In this document: positions 62,201 through 64,000 of the stretch, in pieces
How the letters are laid out: every line of letters starts with the position of its first letter
How positions within the stretch are numbered: the first letter of the stretch is position 1
Assembly: GCF_902652985.1 (NCBI RefSeq)
Contig: NC_047018.1
Coordinates: 42,904,001 to 42,968,000 of the forward strand
Direction of reading: 5' to 3'
DNA from: Pecten maximus
Taxonomy: Eukaryota
Length of the DNA: 64,000 nucleotides
Made by a program: the position numbers and the translations under genes
The notes under the pieces: generated by a model
The model's input: only the letters and a program-made list of their open reading frames with translations
The model's database searches: none
Told to the model about the DNA's origin: nothing

Positions 62201-62680
62201 TTGATCATCATATGTATTTTTCCAAGTAGTAAAAGTTATAATCTTTACATTAATAAGACAGTTTTACTCTCAAGATAACCAAAGTTTTTTGGGTATTAAG
62301 TCCTGAACATTCTTAATGCGACCCGAAGCATCATTAATTACCGCAAAGACATCAGGTATTTGTATATGTCTTTTTCCTGTACTTTCGGCGTTAATTTCAT
62401 TACGTGTAGGTACAAACACTCGTATAACCCACGTTCGGACATAGATTTCATCAATAGAATTTTGTATGTTTCCGATGTCCGAATGAAGGAATGCCCCTTT
62501 AAAAAATCTTTGCTTTAATCAATTCTTTTTATAAATTTAAATCAAATTAATATTAAAAAATAAATGAATAAATAATCAGCCGCAGGTAGGTCTGCATGTG
62601 AATGTGAATACGATACTGTACTAAAACAGCAATGTTAGAATTTATTATAAAGATACTTATTTTTATCATCCCTATAACGA

Positions 62681-62755
62681 ATTTTTGCACGCATAATCTA
62701 CCTTATTATGAGTCGGGTAACTCCGCAAATAAGATGACGTAACGGAAATATATAT

Positions 62756-62789
<34 letters not shown>

Positions 62790-63031
62790 CATAGTCTGCT
62801 ATATTCGTCTACCACCGCCATCTTAGATTTTTAACCATATACACGATGGCATTGAGGATATATTGGTTGTAGATTTATTTTGAAATCTTGTTTCGTACAA
62901 GGAAATACTTATGCGAAACTAGGATTAAAGAGTAATTGTGGACACAACTCGAAGCAATGTAGACATTTATTGTGACGTGTACTGTGCCGGGGATTGATAT
63001 ACCCAGACTAGCAAGTCATTATACCACTCAG
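62681..63031 (+). pseudogene. Decayed duplicated exon-like unit, copy d
   Basis: Homologous to copies a-c, with an (AT)n expansion; ...GIDIPRLASH then CAG|GTAGGT. Confidence 0.5.
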
Positions 63032-63163
63032 GTAGGTTTGTAATTTCTAATGTTTTAAGGATTCATTTCTCTATCGTATATTGTATCAAGAAACTAGAAA
63101 TCCTTTCCCGTGATACCGAGGTAAAATGCTTTATAAAAAAGTTCGATTGTTCTTATTTAACAG

Positions 63164-63562
63164 AGATTTATACACACACAGTGTACCCGTATGATTAGTC
63201 TGGTAGTATGTGAAAAAGATAACAACACGGAAGTATAAATACTCTAGGCAGTTAAACTCGTCTACAGCCGCCATGTTAGATATTTTATGACATACACAAT
63301 TATGTTTTTATTGGATTTATTTAGCTGGCATGTTTCATACAACGAAAACAATTATGATACGAGGATTTAATATCTAAATAGCAGGATTGTGAACTGTACC
63401 ATGTACATGTATTAATAAACCAAGGCTATTGAGTCATTTATACCTCAAAGATAGGTGTCTACATTGTGATAGTTTTAGGGTGTATAGATAAATTTAGAAT
63501 TTGTGATGTGTACTGTACCGGGAAATGATAAACCCAGACCAGCTGGTAATTACACCACTCAG
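63164..63562 (+). pseudogene. Decayed duplicated exon-like unit, copy e plus a partial 3' end
   Basis: ctcgtctacagccgccatgttaga core and a second ...ccactcag|gtaggt end. Confidence 0.45.
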
Positions 63563-63654
63563 GTAGGTTTCTAAATTCTAATGTTGCAGGGACGCATTTA
63601 GAAATATCGATCGACTACCGTACGTTAATGCCCCCAAACAATATCTATTTCCCC

Positions 63655-64000
63655 CATGATAATGTTCACAAAGCAACATATAATTACCCCATGCCGATGC
63701 TCTTAAAGCAACATGTAGTTATTCCATACTAATGCTAACCTAGCAACACGTAGGTACCCGATACCAATGCTCTCAAAGCAACACCTAGTTACCACATACT
63801 AATGCTCACTAAGCAACACGTAATTACCCATGCTAATGCTCACCAAGCAACACGTAGTTACCCCATACTAATGCTCACCAAGCAACATGTAGTTACTCCA
63901 TACTAATGCTCACAAAGCAACATGTAGTTATCCCATATTAACGGTCACCAAGCAACATGTAGTTACCCCATACTAATGCTCACTAGGCAACATGTAGTTA
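63655..64000. repeat. 35-bp minisatellite (atactaatgctcaccaagcaacatgtagttacccc)
   Basis: About 10 tandem units running off the window end. Confidence 0.9.

Overview
AT-rich animal DNA (repeat types suggest a bivalve mollusc), almost entirely transposable elements and decayed host exons, with one 500-N gap. The main structure is two near-identical ~10.5-kb AcademH-type DNA transposons in inverted orientation (18874-29404 and 44501-55013). Each has 84-bp hairpin-containing TIRs, a 5-exon DUF6589-type transposase and a convergent 3-exon RecQ-like helicase. Their 9-bp target-site duplications are reciprocally swapped, which implies the 15.1-kb interval between them is inverted relative to the pre-insertion chromosome (replicative/alternative transposition, ectopic recombination, or mis-assembly). 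That interval holds a decayed DIRS/Ngaro-like tyrosine-recombinase retroelement interrupted by a young, intact chromodomain-bearing Gypsy element whose gag and pol are separated by one in-frame UGA-CUA. Also present: an L1/Tx1-clade LINE ORF2 with no poly-A tail and unusual upstream ORFs, tRNA-derived SINEs, Helentron-like non-autonomous elements, MITEs, BEL/Pao, CR1 and MULE relics, minisatellites, and a family of duplicated decayed exons. All calls come from manual reading; no database searches were run.
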